Of a DNA stretch of 64,000 bases, positions 1-10,212 are shown piece by piece. The position numbers were made by a program, and so were the translations under genes. Every line of letters begins with the position of its first letter. The first letter of the stretch is position 1. This DNA comes from an uncultured virus (IMG/VR IMGVR_UViG_3300031565_000019) (lineage: Duplodnaviria; Heunggongvirae; Uroviricota; Caudoviricetes): IMG/VR virus record IMGVR_UViG_3300031565_000019; one strand, given 5' to 3'. Under the pieces are notes generated by a model. That model was not told the origin of the DNA, did no database searches, and saw nothing but the letters and a program-made list of their open reading frames with translations.

Positions 1-126
1 TTCACTAAAATTAAGTATCGTTATGCAATCGGACAACGTACTTCCCCTTCTGAAATGGGTGAATTTTCGGGATTTTGTGAGGACTCTGAAATGAGAGAGA
101 TTGATATTAGTGATATAAATTTGTAA
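1..126 (+). CDS. 3' end of a gene entering the window (hypothetical protein)
   Basis: Frame 1 is open from base 1 (FTKIKYRYAIG...DINL) to TAA at 124-126 and is followed by a terminator. Confidence 0.5.
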   Translation, partial: FTKIKYRYAIGQRTSPSEMGEFSGFCEDSEMREIDISDINL

Positions 127-214
127 TAATCTTAAAACTAAATCTAAAACAGCAGGAGGGTTAAAAATAAATGCACGTAGAAGCATAATCAGCAAATTAA
201 TTCGTCAATGTGTC

Positions 215-238
215 GCCTCCAGAAATGGGGGCTTTTTT
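215..238 (+). terminator. Rho-independent terminator
   Basis: GCCTCCA-GAAA-TGGGGGC hairpin followed by T6. Confidence 0.75.
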
Positions 239-443
239 ATTGGACAAAAATGGGGAGAGGGGGGTAGGGGGGTGTGGGGCTTTTTTTCTGTGGTTGAAAA
301 CTTTTTAACACCTGGCGAATAATTCTCAAAATTATAGATTATACTACAAATTGCGAGAAGAAATTATTGTCATTGCTTAAAGCATTGATAATGAGGTAAA
401 AGAATATGACGCTTTTTTCTGTTTTTAATTAGTCTTAATAAAA

Positions 444-851
444 ATGGCAGCTTCAAAGGGAAATAAGTACGCATTAGGGAATAATGGAGGCAGACCGCCA
501 TTATTTAAGTCACCCGCAGACTTAGAGAAGAAAATTAACGAATACTTTGAATATTGCTCAGATAGTGATGTAATTATAACTATTTGTGGATTAGCGCTTT
601 ATCTTGGATTTTATGATAGACATTCTCTTTATGATTATCAAGAAAAAAGAGAAGAGTTTTACCCCATTATAAAAAGAGCAAGGTTAACAGTTGAGGAGTA
701 TTATGAATCGCGTCTATCGGGTACTACACCAACAGGGGCGATTTTTGCATTAAAAAACATGGGCTGGAAAGATACGCATGAGATTGAAGGTGACATAAAA
801 GGTGAAATAACAATAATAAGAAAAGTGATTGATGGTAGAAACAAAGATTGA
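444..851 (+). CDS. terS: terminase small subunit (P22 gp3-like DNA-packaging protein), module 1
   Basis: N-terminal 'KGNKYALGNNGGRPPLF' and 'GAIFALKNMGWKD' motifs typical of this TerS family; overlaps the TerL start. Confidence 0.85.
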   Translation: MAASKGNKYALGNNGGRPPLFKSPADLEKKINEYFEYCSDSDVIITICGLALYLGFYDRHSLYDYQEKREEFYPIIKRARLTVEEYYESRLSGTTPTGAIFALKNMGWKDTHEIEGDIKGEITIIRKVIDGRNKD

Positions 852-2052
852 GTTAACCTACACACCGGCTCAGTTAGATATGTTTTTTAATATCCCTGCC
901 GGGACAAAGTATCAGGTCGTCACTAAGGGGAGGCGTTTTGGTGCCACGCGTGGGGCGGCTCATGCTTTTATCGAATGGGCAATCGAAGGAAAGAAATTAC
1001 TTTGGGGTGATACGATCAACGGAAATATAGACAGATATTTTGACAGGTATTTTCTTCCGGCACTTAATAAGACAAATATAACATACAACTATCAGCGTCA
1101 ACATAAACAATTGACAATTGAAAACGGATATATTGATTTTCGTTCAGCTGACAGACCGGAGAACTGGGAGGGCTTCGGCTATGATGTGATATTTTTGAAT
1201 GAAGCGGGTATTATTTTGAAGAACAAATATCTCTATACAAATGCGGTGCTTCCGATGTTAATGGATAGTTCTACAAGTTTATTGGTCGCTGCCGGAGTGC
1301 CAAAGGGCAAATTTGATAAGAATAATGATGATCATCCGTTTTATACAATTTTCAAAGCAGCTAAAAATAAAACACCAGGATATAATCTCCTGGAATATTC
1401 AAGTTATGATAATCCATTACTACCGGAAGAGGAAATAAAAGAGCTTGAAAAAGAAATATGTCGTATGTCACCCGGTATGGTAGAACAGGAAATATATGGT
1501 CATTTTGTTGATGGCATATCCGGGGTGCTTTGGACACCTGAAATGATTCATTATTCTGATATTCCAGATCTGAAACATATAGTAATCGGGGTTGACCCTT
1601 CAGGATCGAAAGATGGTGACGAGGTAGGTATTATTTCGGCAGGGATAGCGCATAACAGCAATATCTATATTTTAAGTGATAAAACAGGTGGTTATACACC
1701 TCTGCAATGGGGTACAATTACAGTAAATGAATATAATATACTTAAAGCTAATTCCATAGTTGTAGAGCGTAATTTCGGCGGGGACATGGTTAAATCGAAT
1801 CTATTGAATGTCGATAAATTTATTAAAGTCAAAGAAGTGACAGCCTCAAGAAGTAAAGAAATAAGGGCGGAACCAGTTGTCGGTCTTTATGAACAAGGCA
1901 GAGTATATCATGCGAAAGGATTACATAAACTCGAAAACGAAATGTTAAGATGGGTTCCCGGTCTGGGTAAGTCACCTAACAGGGTGGATGCTTTAGTCTG
2001 GGCAATAACGGATTTAATGGGACCCAAAATAAATACGAATGTATGGGCTTAA
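829..2052 (+). CDS. terL: terminase large subunit, module 1
   Basis: Walker A-like 'KGRRFGAT', Walker B-like 'VIFLNEAG', nuclease 'IGVDPS' and C-terminal 'SPNRVDALVWA'. Confidence 0.92.
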   Translation: MMVETKIELTYTPAQLDMFFNIPAGTKYQVVTKGRRFGATRGAAHAFIEWAIEGKKLLWGDTINGNIDRYFDRYFLPALNKTNITYNYQRQHKQLTIENGYIDFRSADRPENWEGFGYDVIFLNEAGIILKNKYLYTNAVLPMLMDSSTSLLVAAGVPKGKFDKNNDDHPFYTIFKAAKNKTPGYNLLEYSSYDNPLLPEEEIKELEKEICRMSPGMVEQEIYGHFVDGISGVLWTPEMIHYSDIPDLKHIVIGVDPSGSKDGDEVGIISAGIAHNSNIYILSDKTGGYTPLQWGTITVNEYNILKANSIVVERNFGGDMVKSNLLNVDKFIKVKEVTASRSKEIRAEPVVGLYEQGRVYHAKGLHKLENEMLRWVPGLGKSPNRVDALVWAITDLMGPKINTNVWA

Positions 2053-3548
2053 TTTTCAATAAATATAAAAAGATCGCCGAGCAGCAGAAGTTCATGCTTG
2101 CCGAAATGGAGATTAAGGTGACAGAGCAGAATCAGCTCTACCGGGCTTTGTATCAATTTCTTTCAACAGGCATGGCCCTGGGCAAAGATTCGCAGATGAA
2201 GGATTATGTCAGGGAAGGTTATGAGGGCAATCCCGATCTTTTCAGCATAGTCACCAAGCTGGCCGGCATGTTTGCTCAGGTAATGGATAAAGTGAAACTC
2301 ATGCAGCGGAAGGGAGATAAATATGTCGAAGTTGAAAATGAAGAGATTGATAAAATATTTGAGAGGACTAATTACTATCAGAATTTCATGGAGTTCTGTC
2401 GTCATTGGGCAATAAGCAATTACATCACCGGCAATGGCATAGTTTACGCTCCACGTTTTACGGCAGGAATTAACCAGGGTAAGCTGACAAATGATGGTAT
2501 GATAATGATGCCGACCCAAAACGTGACAATTTATTCAAAGGGCTGGCGCCAACCGATAGGAACTTATAGTCTGGATATTGATGAGACTTACCGGATCGAT
2601 GCAGAGGATGTATGGCATGAACGGTTTGCTCCGACACTCAGCTATGAAGAGGGCCGGAACTTTATGGGCATGTCACCGGTGAAGGTAGCCCATGATATCA
2701 TCAACAGCCAGAATAAAGGTTATGAGATAACGGCGAAGATGTACAGCTATGGTCATCCACCGGGGATCCTCAGCAAAGAAGCTGAACACGGTGACGAAAC
2801 AACAGCAGAACAGGAATCGAAATTCAGGGAACGGTACCGGACCAAATATCAGGGAGTGGACAATATGGCCGTACCCATCTTCACCCTGGGCAAATTATCA
2901 TATACGAAGATAGGCTATGATAATATGAAGGAACTGGATATTATCTCCATGAGTGAACATGGCCGGAGAGTATTCTGCAATATCCTGCAAACACCATCGC
3001 AATTATTTAACGACACCGCAGCAAGTACTTATAATAATCAACTTCTGGCAGAAAAGGCCATGTATACAAATCGGCTTATACCCGATGTGTCGCAATTCTG
3101 TTCAGGATTTAACAATATTGTCAGAGCCTATGGAGACTTTATTGTAAAACCTGATTATTCAGAAATTGAATGTCTGCAGGAAGATAAAGTCAAAAAGGTC
3201 GAATGGGTAAGCAAGCTATACCAGGACGGGATTATCAGCGGCGATATGTATCTGGAAATGATCGGAGAAGAACCAACAGGACTGCCGGAGATGCAAGTCC
3301 GATATACTAACGCTAATAGGATCCCTATGGGTTTTGAAGAGAATGCAGACATAGAACGGAGCGATAAATTTTATCTGGAGCACGGGATAAGTGATTATTA
3401 TGACAAGTCGAAATTCAGGAGAGATAATGTTGAAAAACATATAGTTAAATGTAGTAATTGTGATTACGAGTTTGATTATTTATCTATTTCAGAAGCAGGG
3501 ATGGGATATGTTTTATGTCCTAAATGTGGTAAAACGGTTACGCAATAA
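2043..3548 (+). CDS. HK97-family portal protein with C-terminal Zn-ribbon extension
   Basis: Position after TerL; 'GNGIVY', 'GMSPV', 'PPGIL' and 'STYNN' portal motifs; terminal CxxC-x19-CPKC. Confidence 0.88.
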   Translation: MGLIFNKYKKIAEQQKFMLAEMEIKVTEQNQLYRALYQFLSTGMALGKDSQMKDYVREGYEGNPDLFSIVTKLAGMFAQVMDKVKLMQRKGDKYVEVENEEIDKIFERTNYYQNFMEFCRHWAISNYITGNGIVYAPRFTAGINQGKLTNDGMIMMPTQNVTIYSKGWRQPIGTYSLDIDETYRIDAEDVWHERFAPTLSYEEGRNFMGMSPVKVAHDIINSQNKGYEITAKMYSYGHPPGILSKEAEHGDETTAEQESKFRERYRTKYQGVDNMAVPIFTLGKLSYTKIGYDNMKELDIISMSEHGRRVFCNILQTPSQLFNDTAASTYNNQLLAEKAMYTNRLIPDVSQFCSGFNNIVRAYGDFIVKPDYSEIECLQEDKVKKVEWVSKLYQDGIISGDMYLEMIGEEPTGLPEMQVRYTNANRIPMGFEENADIERSDKFYLEHGISDYYDKSKFRRDNVEKHIVKCSNCDYEFDYLSISEAGMGYVLCPKCGKTVTQ

Positions 3549-3610
3549 GTAAAGGAAATGAAGCATGCAAATATTAATAAGTTATCACATGCAATGTAAA
3601 ATTAACTGAT

Positions 3611-3769
3611 ATGACAGCAAAAAAGGAAAAGACAGTATTCAGCAGGGAGCAGGTCATTGCGCTTTTGAATAAGCAGAAAGAGATATGCTCATTATGTATT
3701 GATGGCAACTGTACCGAGTTTACAGCAAAGAAAAAAGTGCTGGAGGCAAAACTTGTAATCGAAGAGTGA
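3611..3769 (+). CDS. small hypothetical protein (52 aa, below the ORF-track cut-off)
   Basis: MTAKKEKTVFSREQVIALL...LVIEE; fills the gap between portal and head-morphogenesis genes. Confidence 0.55.
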   Translation: MTAKKEKTVFSREQVIALLNKQKEICSLCIDGNCTEFTAKKKVLEAKLVIEE

Positions 3770-3791
3770 AGTTCTTTGAAAAACTGAGGTT

Positions 3792-4565
3792 ATGAATCGC
3801 AGGGAGAGGTTATGGAGATCGATCGACAGGAAAAAGGCAGGCTACAGAAATAATTTTAAACCTGTTTTTATGAGGGCCTTCGATAAGCAGATCCAGCCTT
3901 TATACAAGAAGATTGCAGAGACATCAGATATAAGGGATATTGAACTGCCGCCACTGAATGACCATGCAATCGAAGAGGCTTATATAAAATTGTATATGAC
4001 AACGACTGTGGATTTTTTCAAGGCAAAAAGGGGACAATGGAAAAAGAGTTTTACAAAACAGGTTGATGATGAGATTTTTGAAGATTTGATAATGGAGAAG
4101 ATACTTATATATCTGAAACTACACGCTGGGGAGACGGTGGTCGCTGCAGGCGATACCAGTGTTACTCTCATCCAGCAGCTTCTGAAGAAGCTAATACCTG
4201 AAATAATGGATCAGGGCATCGGAGGGGGGGAAGCACAGACCATGCTCCGGGATATGATACAGAGTCAGTGGCATGAGATGAAATACTACAGGACGGAGAG
4301 GATTGTAAGGACCGAAGTGAACAGGGCCAGTAATTGGGGCAGCCTGGAAGGGACCAAGAGTCTGGGAGTGCCTATGCTTAAGGTCTGGCTGAGTGCTTTC
4401 GCAGGTGAATCACGCCCCGAGCACATGGATGCCGATGGTCAGAAGGTCGATCTGGAGGAGCCGTTCATTGTCGGAGGTGAAGAGTTACAATATCCGGGCG
4501 ATCCGGCAGGCAGCGCAGCGAATACCATAAATTGCCTTTGTAGTTTATACGAAGAAATACGTTGA
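3792..4565 (+). CDS. head morphogenesis protein (SPP1 gp7 / Mu gpF family)
   Basis: 'ERIVRTE', 'KVWLS...RPEH...DGQ' and 'YPGDP...INCLC' motifs. Confidence 0.88.
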   Translation: MNRRERLWRSIDRKKAGYRNNFKPVFMRAFDKQIQPLYKKIAETSDIRDIELPPLNDHAIEEAYIKLYMTTTVDFFKAKRGQWKKSFTKQVDDEIFEDLIMEKILIYLKLHAGETVVAAGDTSVTLIQQLLKKLIPEIMDQGIGGGEAQTMLRDMIQSQWHEMKYYRTERIVRTEVNRASNWGSLEGTKSLGVPMLKVWLSAFAGESRPEHMDADGQKVDLEEPFIVGGEELQYPGDPAGSAANTINCLCSLYEEIR

Positions 4566-4599
4566 TAATGAAGAAAAATAATAAATTATTCGCAGCATA

Positions 4600-5277
4600 A
4601 TGGAAAAGATATTATTTAAAAGTTTTGAGCATCAGGTCAAGGACCTCGATGAAGCAAAAGGGATTGTCACGGTTTACATCAACAGCTTTAACAACCAGGA
4701 CAGCGACGGTGATATCTCACTGCCGGGATCCTTTAAAAGGACATTCAAGAACAATGGCAATACGATCCAGCACTGGCTTAACCATGACAGGGATAAACTG
4801 ATCGGAGTCCCGATCAAACTTTATGAAGATGACTTCGGTGCGATAGCGGTCTCCCAACTCAACATTAAGAAGCAACTGGGTAAGGATGTATTCGAGGACT
4901 ATAAACTATTTGCAGAGCATGACAAGACGCTGCAGCACTCGGTAAGGGTGCAACCAATAAAATTTGAGGAAGATCGGACCGGGGATCAATATAGTCGGAA
5001 GGTGAGCGAATGGAAACTCGTTATGGAGTTTTCAACCCTTTATGGCTGGGGTGCTAATCAGCAAACGCCATTAATTGATATCAAAAGCCTTAAGGATCTG
5101 GAACTGATGATGCGCGAAGGCAATTACAGTGATGAGAAAGCCAGAGTTATTGAAGAAACATATAACAAGTTGAAGAGATTATTAGATGCCACAGACTCGC
5201 CAGGCACTCCCTCAGGGGACCCGCCAGCACTCGAAAGCGATCTAATCAAATATTTTTATAAACAATTAAAAATTTGA
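4600..5277 (+). CDS. HK97-type prohead maturation protease
   Basis: 'DSDGD...GSF', 'LNHD...IG' and 'EFS...WGAN' motifs; directly upstream of the capsid gene. Confidence 0.88.
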   Translation: MEKILFKSFEHQVKDLDEAKGIVTVYINSFNNQDSDGDISLPGSFKRTFKNNGNTIQHWLNHDRDKLIGVPIKLYEDDFGAIAVSQLNIKKQLGKDVFEDYKLFAEHDKTLQHSVRVQPIKFEEDRTGDQYSRKVSEWKLVMEFSTLYGWGANQQTPLIDIKSLKDLELMMREGNYSDEKARVIEETYNKLKRLLDATDSPGTPSGDPPALESDLIKYFYKQLKI

Positions 5278-6575
5278 TAGTTATGGCAAAAGAAGAAAAA
5301 ACTGTCGAACAGATAGCGGAAGAGATTAACAGTTCTATTGAAGGCTTGAAAAAGTCTATCAAGGACAAGGCCGATCTCGCTGCTCTTGAAACAAGGTTCG
5401 ACGCGATAACAACCAAGCTGGATAAGCTCGTGGATAAGGACGGTAAGACGATCGTCCCTGAAGAAATATCCAAGCAGCAGGAACAGCTTGACGAGATTTC
5501 TACCCAACTCAAGCAGCTCGGGGAACACCAGGCCGGGAAGGGCAAAAGCGCGAGCGCACAAGTGCTGGAAAAGGTCAAAAGCAAAGATTTCCAGGACAAG
5601 GTGAAGGCTTATTCCGGGCGTGGTGAGATAGGACACTTTGAAGTGGATATGCCGAAAGTTGCTGCTCTTATTGATACTGATGATATCAATGCTGGCACGA
5701 TTGAGACACAGGTTGAACCGGGTGTCTCCGCAGCTCCCTGGCGAGCCAATCCAATCTGGGATAACATCAACAAGGGTGTTATTGGCCAGGGCCGGGATTC
5801 GGTAAGCTGGTGGGAAGAAACGACCCGCACTGATTCGGCCGCTATGATAGCAGAGCAGACAGCTCCCACTGTAGGATCGGCAAAGACATGGACGAAGCAG
5901 AGCCTGGATATCATAATGATTAAAGATTTCACTAAGGTTTCAAAGTCTGCTCTCGAAGATTTTGAGTATATCACCAGTGAGGTCAATGATCTGATGAGCA
6001 ATGGCATACCCAGGTACAGGGAAGGACAACTGCTCTCCGGAGCAGGGACAACTTATCCCAGAGGACTCACATATTATGCAAAGACCTTTGCAAAGCCGGC
6101 TAATTTCAATTTAGTGCCCGCGGCCAATGAAGGTGACGTGCTGGCAGCAGCCATCCTTCAGTGCATGAACGGTAACACCGCAGATACCAACAAGAAGGGG
6201 TATATTCCTAACGTTATTCTTTTGAATCCGGGTGATACTGTCAACATGAGATTGCTGAAAAACTTGAATGCGAGTTATGTACATCATCCACTGCTTGCTC
6301 CTGATGGTTCCTCATTCCAGGGTGCAAGGATTGCAACCAGTCTTGATCTTACTGCCGGACAATTTATTGTCGGGGATTTTTCAAGAGCAAAGGCTTATGT
6401 GAAACGTACCATGAACATATCGTTCCATTATGAGAATGAGAATGATGTTTTGGCCGATCTGGTTCTGGTGCTGGCAAGCATACGTCTGGCAGGATTGAAG
6501 GTTACCGCTGCTGATGCTTTCGCATTCGTTACGGGGACATTCGCTGCAGGAATTGCATTAATACAAACCGATTAA
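5274..6575 (+). CDS. major capsid protein (HK97 fold, N-terminal scaffold/delta domain); likely start ATG 5283
   Basis: Coiled-coil N-terminus, 'GQLLSGAG', 'ILLNPGD' and 'FIVGDFS'; gene order. Confidence 0.9.
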   Translation: MIVMAKEEKTVEQIAEEINSSIEGLKKSIKDKADLAALETRFDAITTKLDKLVDKDGKTIVPEEISKQQEQLDEISTQLKQLGEHQAGKGKSASAQVLEKVKSKDFQDKVKAYSGRGEIGHFEVDMPKVAALIDTDDINAGTIETQVEPGVSAAPWRANPIWDNINKGVIGQGRDSVSWWEETTRTDSAAMIAEQTAPTVGSAKTWTKQSLDIIMIKDFTKVSKSALEDFEYITSEVNDLMSNGIPRYREGQLLSGAGTTYPRGLTYYAKTFAKPANFNLVPAANEGDVLAAAILQCMNGNTADTNKKGYIPNVILLNPGDTVNMRLLKNLNASYVHHPLLAPDGSSFQGARIATSLDLTAGQFIVGDFSRAKAYVKRTMNISFHYENENDVLADLVLVLASIRLAGLKVTAADAFAFVTGTFAAGIALIQTD

Positions 6576-6590
6576 AGAAAGGAGGAAAAT

Positions 6591-7133
6591 ATGAAAAAGT
6601 TATTTGTAACTATTATCGGGCTTCTCCTTATTGTGGGATTGCAGGCCCAGACATCCGGGACAACTTACACGCTCCCGGCGAACGTGACATTTTATACTGC
6701 TTTTAGTAATAGCCATGTTGGTGACTGGGATGCTACGACACTGAAAGACTCGATAGCAGGAACAGCAGCAGCAAAGACATGGATATTCGCTATCCAGAAG
6801 CCCAGGTTGTATTATTATCAATTTTTTGTCGAATATGATACAGTGCTGACTCCCGCGAGGGTACTTGGCAACCATGTCATAGTATGGCTTGATGCGAGTA
6901 TTGACGGTGTGACTTATTGCGCTATAGACAGTGTTTTATTTCACCCTGATTTCAGCTCATTGCCTACACAGATTCAGGCTTCACCTACATTGGCAGCTCT
7001 ACGGTCATATAATCTTAAAGATGTGACTACCGGCGTGCTTTGGCGTTATCTCAGGATCAGAGCCATAGGGTTGGATGCGAACAAATGCGCAATTATCTCT
7101 AAGCTGGCCGTTAAGGTTGGTTTAAAAGATTAA
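6591..7133 (+). CDS. signal-peptide-bearing protein next to the capsid gene (possible decoration protein)
   Basis: MKKLFVTIIGLLLIVGLQAQ Sec-type leader; beta-rich body ending 'WRYLRIR'. Confidence 0.6.
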   Translation: MKKLFVTIIGLLLIVGLQAQTSGTTYTLPANVTFYTAFSNSHVGDWDATTLKDSIAGTAAAKTWIFAIQKPRLYYYQFFVEYDTVLTPARVLGNHVIVWLDASIDGVTYCAIDSVLFHPDFSSLPTQIQASPTLAALRSYNLKDVTTGVLWRYLRIRAIGLDANKCAIISKLAVKVGLKD

Positions 7134-7149
7134 GTTAAATGATGAACGA

Positions 7150-7178
7150 GGGGAGCAGAGATCCTGCTCTCCTTATTT
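7150..7178 (+). terminator. stem-loop, probable weak terminator or mRNA stabiliser after the head genes
   Basis: GGGGAGCAG/CTGCTCTCC stem followed by TTATTT. Confidence 0.5.
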
Positions 7179-7190
7179 AAAATCGAGATT

Positions 7191-7454
7191 ATGAAATTAG
7201 TGAAAGTAGTATTGAAAACGGGGAGAACCATCGAAGTGCTCCCCCAGGAAGTTGAGATCCTGAAAGAGGCCGGAATGCTGAAAGAATCCAAAGTCCCGAA
7301 CGTGACTAAGGAGGAGAAAGAGGTTGGTCAGACAAAGGCTATAACGGTTACTCGCAGATCAAAAAACTGGTATCCCGGGCCGGGTGAAACAGAAGAACCA
7401 CCTCCGAGACCAGCAAATATTGATTCAAAAAGTTTCAAAACAGGTAAGAAGTAA
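7191..7454 (+). CDS. small hypothetical virion-assembly protein
   Basis: Clean ORF coupled (TAATG) to the head-tail connector gene. Confidence 0.6.
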   Translation: MKLVKVVLKTGRTIEVLPQEVEILKEAGMLKESKVPNVTKEEKEVGQTKAITVTRRSKNWYPGPGETEEPPPRPANIDSKSFKTGKK

Positions 7455-8008
7455 TGGACACACGGATCAAGACCGATGCAGCACAGGAGCCTCTCAGCCA
7501 GGATGAGCTTTCAACTTTTATCAAGTTCGAAGATGATAACGCTGAGGAGGATCTGCTCATAACCAATATGATCAGGTCCGTCCGTGCACATTTTGAGAAG
7601 CGGACAGGTCTGGCATTTGCAGAAAAGACCTTCGAGACCCTGTTCCGGTACGATGACAAGCCATACCTCCTGCCTCGATCACCGATTATCAGTGTTGACA
7701 AAGTCGAAACTGTCGATTACCAAGGAACAAAAGTCGAACTGGTACTGAATTCCGGTTATTACAAGAGAGGCCTGTATGAAGTGGAGATTAAGGCATCGGA
7801 GATGACCAGCGACAGATATTATGATCTGCTGGTTACTTACAAAGCAGGATATGGACATGCAGATACCGAAAAACTACCGGCAGACCTTCTGGAATGTATG
7901 AAGATGCAGGTCAAACAATGGTATGACAACAGGGATGATTTCTATGAGTTTAATATCCTCGGCAGCATTGACAAGATTCTTAACAAGTACAAGACGAAAG
8001 TAATATGA
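7454..8008 (+). CDS. head-tail connector/adaptor (HK97 gp6 / phiE125 gp8-like)
   Basis: 'EPLS', 'EDLLI', 'LPRSPIISV', 'YKAGYG', 'LPADL' and 'WYDNR' motifs. Confidence 0.85.
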   Translation: MDTRIKTDAAQEPLSQDELSTFIKFEDDNAEEDLLITNMIRSVRAHFEKRTGLAFAEKTFETLFRYDDKPYLLPRSPIISVDKVETVDYQGTKVELVLNSGYYKRGLYEVEIKASEMTSDRYYDLLVTYKAGYGHADTEKLPADLLECMKMQVKQWYDNRDDFYEFNILGSIDKILNKYKTKVI

Positions 8009-8319
8009 GGCCGACGAAGTATAATAAACGAGTTACCATCCAGAAACTCACCAAGGTGGAGAATGACATCGGAGGATGGACCAACACATGGGACGACCTT
8101 TATTCATGCTGGGCCTCGGTGCTACCAGTTAAGGGATTTAAGAAACTCGAATATGCCAAACTGGAGTACGCAGAGGCATACGAAGTGGAGATGCGCAAGA
8201 GACTGATAAACGCAGACGGTGACTGCCGCGTGGTTTATGGAGGCAACAATTATCAGATCATCTCATTTATGATCACCGATGATAAAGTTAACCTGGATAT
8301 TGGGAGGAACGCAGGATGA
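8005..8319 (+). CDS. head closure / head-tail joining protein (SPP1 gp16-like)
   Basis: 'RVTIQ...DIGG...W...WASV' motif; position. Confidence 0.85.
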   Translation: MRPTKYNKRVTIQKLTKVENDIGGWTNTWDDLYSCWASVLPVKGFKKLEYAKLEYAEAYEVEMRKRLINADGDCRVVYGGNNYQIISFMITDDKVNLDIGRNAG

Positions 8320-8804
8320 TAACTTTTACAATAGATGACCGCCAGTTCCGGCAGCAGATGCGACAGTTTGCCAAACGTAAAGACGGTGAATTCAAGCATG
8401 CTGTTCTCCGGGCCACACTTGAGATGGAGAAGATGGCCAAGATGAAGGTCCGGAACTTTACCCGTAGTGCAAAAGTGAAAAGCGGTTATCTGATAAATAA
8501 CATCCGCAAACGCATCATAGCATCAGGACTGACAGGGGAAGTTATCAGCTGGGCCGGATACTCCCAGGCATTCGAAGAAGGAACCAGGCCGCATATCATA
8601 AGGGCCAGAAACAAGAAAGTCCTTGCTGGACCAAAACGCAGTGCTCCTTCAGGATGGGATATAAGCGCGAAGAGCGCCTCGATGGGTTATGCCACCTATG
8701 GCAAGCAAGTACAGCATCCCGGCACGAAACCGCATCCTTACATGTATCCGTCATGGAGAGCCGCATGCCAGCAACTGGAGAAACTTATTAAACAAGCATT
8801 ATGA
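8316..8804 (+). CDS. HK97 gp10-like neck/tail-completion protein
   Basis: 'SGYL', 'EEGTRPHII' and 'VQHPGTKPHPYMYP' motifs. Confidence 0.85.
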   Translation: MITFTIDDRQFRQQMRQFAKRKDGEFKHAVLRATLEMEKMAKMKVRNFTRSAKVKSGYLINNIRKRIIASGLTGEVISWAGYSQAFEEGTRPHIIRARNKKVLAGPKRSAPSGWDISAKSASMGYATYGKQVQHPGTKPHPYMYPSWRAACQQLEKLIKQAL

Positions 8805-9226
8805 CATACAGGGATCCGTCGCAACAACTACTGAAAGCTTACCAGAACATACTGGACGGACATATCATCTATGAAGGTGAGACGATAACCGTCGGTACCA
8901 GGATCCCCAGGAAGAAAACGAAATACGTGTATTTATATATCGAGGCAACGAATAACTATAGTACAGGTGACAAGGTTCTTTATAATATCACGATGGCCAT
9001 GCAGATAGTGAGCATGCAGGATATTAGCGAAGGCGACGAGACAGTCGTGAATAGTATTCTTGATCAGGTGCTGGGGCTTGTCGGCGATCCCGACTCGATA
9101 ATCATGAATGATTTTAACTGTCTGACCAGCACTTTCGGAGACTCGGAACATGATACGGAGATGAGCGAATCCAATTATATTATAACAAAGAAATTGCGAA
9201 TGTTGCATTTTATAGAACAAAAATGA
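8801..9226 (+). CDS. putative tail terminator protein
   Basis: Size and position after the gp10-like gene. Confidence 0.65.
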   Translation: MTYRDPSQQLLKAYQNILDGHIIYEGETITVGTRIPRKKTKYVYLYIEATNNYSTGDKVLYNITMAMQIVSMQDISEGDETVVNSILDQVLGLVGDPDSIIMNDFNCLTSTFGDSEHDTEMSESNYIITKKLRMLHFIEQK

Positions 9227-9786
9227 AAATGAAAAAGATTAAATTTTTTATACCGCTGGCATTTATAATGCTGGCAGTAATTTTACTCGCCACAACAAGT
9301 GTGCGTAATGCCCGCCTTATTAGCCGGTTGACGGTAACAGAGAACCTCGTCACTCCCACGACTTCCACTTTCATTGAGATTAATGGGCTTGATGAGGTTG
9401 TAAACTATACACCTGGCAGCCTCCGTTTTGATGTAGACAATGTATGGGCAGATACTGTTTGCCATACAGGTATTATCGATTTAACAAGCCTTACCAATTC
9501 GCTCGGTGAGACATTGGATCTGACAGGTGATGTTGTTGTTGCTGCTAAATTCCGCTTGGTTGATGTTGTCGGAGCAACATGTGTTATCAGCAATGGAGTA
9601 TCAACTTCTTATCCTCTTTTTGGTACTACATACTCATTTCAACTTAACGCGAATCAGAGCCTGCTTTTCAAGGCAGATACCGTGCTTGCACCTGTCTCCG
9701 CGTCATTAAAGCATATTACTTACACCGGGAGCAGCGATGCGGCAATACTTTATGTAATTCTGTTAACAGCAGATAGTTATCAATAA
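9223..9786 (+). CDS. signal-peptide-bearing hypothetical protein within the tail operon
   Basis: Basic-hydrophobic N-terminus (MKKIKFFIPLAFIMLAVILLA); overlaps the upstream stop. Confidence 0.6.
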   Translation: MKMKKIKFFIPLAFIMLAVILLATTSVRNARLISRLTVTENLVTPTTSTFIEINGLDEVVNYTPGSLRFDVDNVWADTVCHTGIIDLTSLTNSLGETLDLTGDVVVAAKFRLVDVVGATCVISNGVSTSYPLFGTTYSFQLNANQSLLFKADTVLAPVSASLKHITYTGSSDAAILYVILLTADSYQ

Positions 9787-9801
9787 TTAATATTTATAGA
9801 G

Positions 9802-10212
9802 ATGAAAGTACCAGGTTACAAAATTCTATTACAGTTCGATAGCAAGACCCTTGTCGGTTATCGCAGTCAGAGCATGGATGCAGAGGCTGATATGGGCGAT
9901 GCTACAACTGGAGCATCAACAAATCAGTGGAAGGAAGTTATCCCACTGTTCAAGGGCATGGAATTCAGCGTTGACGGTCTTTATGATCCTGTCGCTGGGG
10001 ATAATAAAAGCTTTGATGATGCTTTTGATCTATTGAAAGGCGGGACTAAATTCACAGCTAAGTACGGCAACACAGAAACCGGCAGTAGATATTATTCCGC
10101 AGATGCTTATATCCGCAGGGTGCATATCGAAGGACCTCATGATGATCTTGCCAGTTATACCGTTGATGTTATCGTATCGGGTGAACCGACGACAGGAACA
10201 GTTGGGGCATAA
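9802..10212 (+). CDS. major tail tube protein (TP901-1-like)
   Basis: 'DATT...WKEVIP..K...SVDGLY' and 'GPHDD.ASY...SGEP' pattern; position. Confidence 0.8.
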   Translation: MKVPGYKILLQFDSKTLVGYRSQSMDAEADMGDATTGASTNQWKEVIPLFKGMEFSVDGLYDPVAGDNKSFDDAFDLLKGGTKFTAKYGNTETGSRYYSADAYIRRVHIEGPHDDLASYTVDVIVSGEPTTGTVGA

